A stretch of 64,000 nt of DNA from Terriglobia bacterium (GTDB taxonomy: Bacteria > Acidobacteriota > Terriglobia > Bryobacterales > Bryobacteraceae). The translations under genes were made by a program, and so were the position numbers. This document shows positions 63,635-64,000 of this stretch, one piece after another. The stretch is taken from assembly GCA_963767545.1 (NCBI GenBank), contig CAVYEV010000018.1, forward strand, positions 84,142 to 148,141, read 5' to 3'. Every line of letters begins with the position of its first letter. The first letter of the stretch is position 1. The notes under the pieces were generated by a model, which saw nothing but the letters and a program-made list of their open reading frames with translations, was not told where the DNA came from and ran no database searches.

Positions 63635-64000
63635 TCGAGCCCGGCTACAAGAACAAGTACCCGCCGCTCGGCCTGATGAAGATCGCTCAGTATCACGGCC
63701 CTCACGGCAAAGGGACAGGGTCAGGTTCATCAAGGGTGAGGATGACCTTCGGTCTTTGGGACCGCATGGGACCGGATCTACATCACGACGCTCTTCTCCT
63801 TCGAATTCGCGCGGATAAGCACAGAGCATCGACTTCGCGCTGAGGGTCGCGAACGGTCACGCCGACAAAATTTTCGTCGGCGGCATCGCGGCTTCACTGA
63901 TGCCCGAGCGGTTCGTCGAGAACCGAGCTGGCACGGCATCCGGTTCATCAGGGGCCTGCTGACGGGCCCCCGTCAAATCCCTCCAGCTCGACGAATTCTC
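63610..64000 (+). pseudogene. B12-binding-domain-like N-terminus of a probable radical SAM enzyme (at least 3 frameshifts; 3' end outside window)
   Basis: [30 protein letters not shown], then in other frames DRVRFIKGEDD, WDRIYITTLFSFEFARI and IDFALRVANGHADKIFVGGIAASLMPERF. This follows the pattern of class-B rSAM B12-binding domains. No CxxxCxxC is visible within the window. Confidence 0.3.

Overview
64 kb high-GC bacterial chromosomal segment. The gene content suggests Acidobacteriota, which is an inference from CarboxypepD_reg-type TonB receptor, TIGR02999-like ECF sigma factors paired with Ser/Thr kinases, and DUF1080, PmoA-like, DUF4159 and Uma2 genes. All product calls rest on motif recognition by eye from the ORF track; no searches were run. 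Housekeeping landmarks are rplU-rpmA-obg, dnaE, glgC, ggt, glpD and egtB-egtD. No rRNA, convincing tRNA or CRISPR array was seen. Caveat for every call: at least 50 reading-frame breaks are visible where colinear pieces of one recognisable protein sit in adjacent frames. They are unevenly distributed: none in ggt, glgC, egtBD or the fucosidase, but at least 10 in dnaE and at least 6 in a DGQHR gene. I cannot tell assembly indels from real decay. Colinear genes with one break are typed CDS; genes with two or more breaks, or truncated relics, are typed pseudogene. Most interesting: (1) a lower-GC island at 57.9-64.0 kb next to dnaE. It has a tightly coupled ParB/Srx-like - mini PD-(D/E)XK - SNF2 - ParB/Srx-like operon, a divergent DndB-like DGQHR gene plus a B12/radical-SAM-like gene, and an MORC/GHKL-like relic. 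This matches no canonical defence or modification architecture I know. (2) An ECF sigma - 2x CsgG-like - 2x secreted - Zn-ribbon Ser/Thr kinase operon. (3) egtB-egtD co-operonic with an OpuC/EgtUV-like ABC transporter. (4) A 180-bp MITE-like element. There are also several tandem duplications and mobile-element relics.
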